In this document: positions 62,090-64,000 of the stretch, one piece after another
Layout of the letters: each line of letters starts with the position of its first letter
Numbering within the stretch: the first letter of the stretch is position 1
NCBI GenBank assembly: GCA_041483895.1
Contig: JBGPGO010000002.1
Span: 96,001 to 160,000 of the forward strand
DNA: 64,000 nt
DNA from: Fimbriimonadia bacterium
GTDB lineage: Bacteria > Armatimonadota > Fimbriimonadia > Fimbriimonadales > JABRVX01
Direction: 5' to 3'
Program-made: the position numbers and the translations under genes
The notes under the pieces: model-generated
What the model saw: the letters and a program-made list of their open reading frames with translations, nothing else
The model's database searches: none
What the model was told of the DNA's origin: nothing

Positions 62090-62920
62090 GTGATTGCTGA
62101 GCAAAAACATATGATGGCGACAAAATGGGCACTTTTCCGGCCGGTCATTGTTGGCCTCACTGCGGGCCTCGCTTCGTGTGGTGGCGACGGGGATTCGCGT
62201 GATATCGACGCGCCGAAACTACTAAGGGCTGTCGCCGCGGCATACGGTCAGTTGTCATCATTAAGTTGCGATCTAACATTGCAGTACAACCGCGTTTCTG
62301 GCAAGAAGAAAGAAACCGCTGCCGTTAGTTGTCAGTTATCATTGCTGCGAGTGCCCGCAAGCCGCTTGAAGAGCCTAGCCTCGAGAGACCCTAACGATCG
62401 CCTTTCGGATACATTCGTGGTTACTGCGACTTCCATCAAGGGTGGCTGGGCTGACAGCGTGCAGATCGAATTCGGCAGGCATGTTGACAAGACCGGGGCG
62501 ACAATTGATTACCCTGCAGCGTTTGTCCTGCAGGGTTTGGATCGACAACTTCAAAAGAAGTTTTCCTTTACGCTTACGGAAAGCGACTATTTTGAGCTGT
62601 GTTTTATGCATCTTTTGATGGCTCTGTCTAGGGAGCGTGATCCGTCTTTTTTCCCTGGTGGTCTGCTTGCATGGCCACCGGCGTATAGCAAGAAATGGAG
62701 TGCGACGAAGAACCGCTCAATGGTTGAGGTCGAGTGCCGCTTAGGCGGACCTTCCCCAAGTCCGATTGAGCAGTTTGTCATCACCGTTGATCCTCGAAGC
62801 GGTTTAGTCAACAGGCTAGCTGTGAAGCACATTTACGGTCGGGATCGGGATCGGGATCGGGATCGGGATCTGGAGACATATGAGTACATTATCCTCTTCA
62901 AGAATCAGAGGATACATTGA
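62090..62920 (+). CDS. Hypothetical lipoprotein
   Basis: AAGGAGG RBS; lipobox LASC; RD x5 tract near the C-terminus. Confidence 0.6.
   Translation: MIAEQKHMMATKWALFRPVIVGLTAGLASCGGDGDSRDIDAPKLLRAVAAAYGQLSSLSCDLTLQYNRVSGKKKETAAVSCQLSLLRVPASRLKSLASRDPNDRLSDTFVVTATSIKGGWADSVQIEFGRHVDKTGATIDYPAAFVLQGLDRQLQKKFSFTLTESDYFELCFMHLLMALSRERDPSFFPGGLLAWPPAYSKKWSATKNRSMVEVECRLGGPSPSPIEQFVITVDPRSGLVNRLAVKHIYGRDRDRDRDRDLETYEYIILFKNQRIH
62840..62869 (+). repeat. Hexanucleotide tandem repeat (CGGGAT)5
   Basis: Five perfect copies, in frame (RDRDRDRDRD). Confidence 0.95.
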
Positions 62921-63094
62921 TCACTGCCCATTGATGCAGCTTGTTGGATGCCCATCAGTTTCGCAAGTGACCGATTACGTTGAATATGCGAATTGCTTGG
63001 TTCCTAGAAGTTCTCGGCGATCCGGGGCTGGGCGGTGTTGGGGTTCAAAATGGTCCGTAACGGTCCAAAATCGATCGGACTTCATGCACCGCAA

Positions 63095-63126
63095 TGTGTA
63101 TAAGTATGCACAAGCTGGTGTATACT
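63095..63126 (+). promoter_or_regulatory. Operator palindrome and leaderless-type -10 box of the wHTH-NTase operon
   Basis: TGTGTATA-AG-TATGCACA (63095-63112); TATACT-N6-ATG (63121-63135). Confidence 0.6.
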
Positions 63127-63132
63127 CGGTTC

Positions 63133-63474
63133 ATGACACTCCCTACGCACTCAAAGCTCTTTGGCACCTCGAGTCGGACCCAGGTCTTGATGTTTCTCGC
63201 AGTCTTGGAAGAGAGTCATTTGCACGAATTGGCGCGGCTGATGCAAACGAGCCCGTTTTCCGTGATGCGAATCGTCGATAGATTGGAGATCGAAGGGGTC
63301 GTTGCCACACGGAAACTCGGAGTCGAGCGGCGGGTTCGTCTTAATCCGCGATATTTCGCAGTCACCGAATTACGGGATCTCCTTTTGAAACTCGTGCAAG
63401 GTGAGGCGAGTGTATTGGCAGCGGCTTCGGCAGTGCGGAGAAGACCGCGGAAGAAGGGGAAGGCAATCGCATGA
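63133..63474 (+). CDS. Winged-HTH protein (putative antitoxin/regulator)
   Basis: LFG...RT.VL, ELAR, V.R..DRLE..GVV, G..R...LNP; basic tail. Confidence 0.8.
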   Translation: MTLPTHSKLFGTSSRTQVLMFLAVLEESHLHELARLMQTSPFSVMRIVDRLEIEGVVATRKLGVERRVRLNPRYFAVTELRDLLLKLVQGEASVLAAASAVRRRPRKKGKAIA

Positions 63475-64000
63475 TCGATGCCGCCTCATCGTTGGTTGAT
63501 GTTGCTTTCCATGTCTGCACCCATCTGGCGAACAGAGGAATCACGGCTGTGCTTACAGGAGGAAGCGCGGCCACCTATTACGCGCCTGATGCCTACCAAT
63601 CGAAGGACATTGACTTCGTACTGGAATTCGCCTTGACCACAAAAGCCGTAGCGACAGCCATGGCGGACGCAGGATTCAGCCGAAGCGGCAGCGTGTATTC
63701 TTGTCCTGACACAATCTTGACCGTAGACCTTATTGAAGGACCTATCGCCGTCGGATCGGAAATAATTTCTGACTACGTTCGCGTTGAGGATAAACGAGGG
63801 GTTCTCCTCACCATCTCAGCGACCGATTCCGTACGCGATCGCCTTGCCGCTTTCATTCACTGGAATGATCGAAATTCGCTAGACCAGGCAGTGGCCGTTG
63901 CACGAAATAACAAGATTGATCTTGTGGTTGTCGAAGCATGGTGTCGTGCCGAGGGTGGCGCGCAGAAGTTTGAGGCGTTCAAGAGACTACTTGGTGGGCA
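63471..64000 (+). CDS. Nucleotidyltransferase-fold protein (putative toxin), truncated by the window edge
   Basis: Manual translation open from ATG 63471 to the window end: VLTGGSAATYY...YQSKDIDFV...DRLAAFIHWND; ATGA overlap with the wHTH gene; absent from the ORF track because it has no stop. Confidence 0.8.
   Translation, partial: MIDAASSLVDVAFHVCTHLANRGITAVLTGGSAATYYAPDAYQSKDIDFVLEFALTTKAVATAMADAGFSRSGSVYSCPDTILTVDLIEGPIAVGSEIISDYVRVEDKRGVLLTISATDSVRDRLAAFIHWNDRNSLDQAVAVARNNKIDLVVVEAWCRAEGGAQKFEAFKRLLGG

Overview
A 64-kb GC-rich bacterial chromosome segment. It is probably Armatimonadota-like, inferred from H-X9-DG pilin-like proteins, a LolA-like/redoxin fusion, kdsD, small outer-membrane barrels and many leaderless-type promoters; the taxonomy is unverified. 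Most of it is housekeeping and envelope genes: emrAB, kdsD, metG, upp, cca, addAB-like, an amino-sugar kinase with two SIS proteins, a glycosyltransferase cluster, gatCA, rpoN, prs and acyP. No rRNA, tRNA, CRISPR array or intact transposase was seen. The most interesting elements are: (1) three tandem secreted proteins (12.5-18.6 kb) with two unrelated types of N-terminal cargo domain on one conserved, Cys-rich ~260-aa C-terminal domain that I do not recognise, a candidate new anchoring/sorting module, two copies of which share a conserved promoter and terminator; (2) a Sec-signal RHS polymorphic toxin with a HINT domain and a REase-7-like tip, followed by three HEAT-repeat immunity genes, the two orphan copies each preceded by a remnant of a different toxin tip; (3) dispersed palindromic REP/BIME-like elements, some of which supply protein C-termini and stop codons, plus a perfect 31-bp inverted-repeat element with tandemly reiterated ends; (4) regulatory oddities: a sigma54 site before rpoN, an ECF promoter plus operator before a TetR-ECF operon with no anti-sigma, a CTG-start pilin-like gene, and a multi-hairpin 5'UTR; (5) apparent pseudo-enzymes (M48, DegT, single-Cys redoxin) and an AddA with no nuclease domain; (6) a wHTH + nucleotidyltransferase TA-like pair at the right edge, after an IS481-like end. 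All family calls come from motif recognition by eye; no database searches were run.
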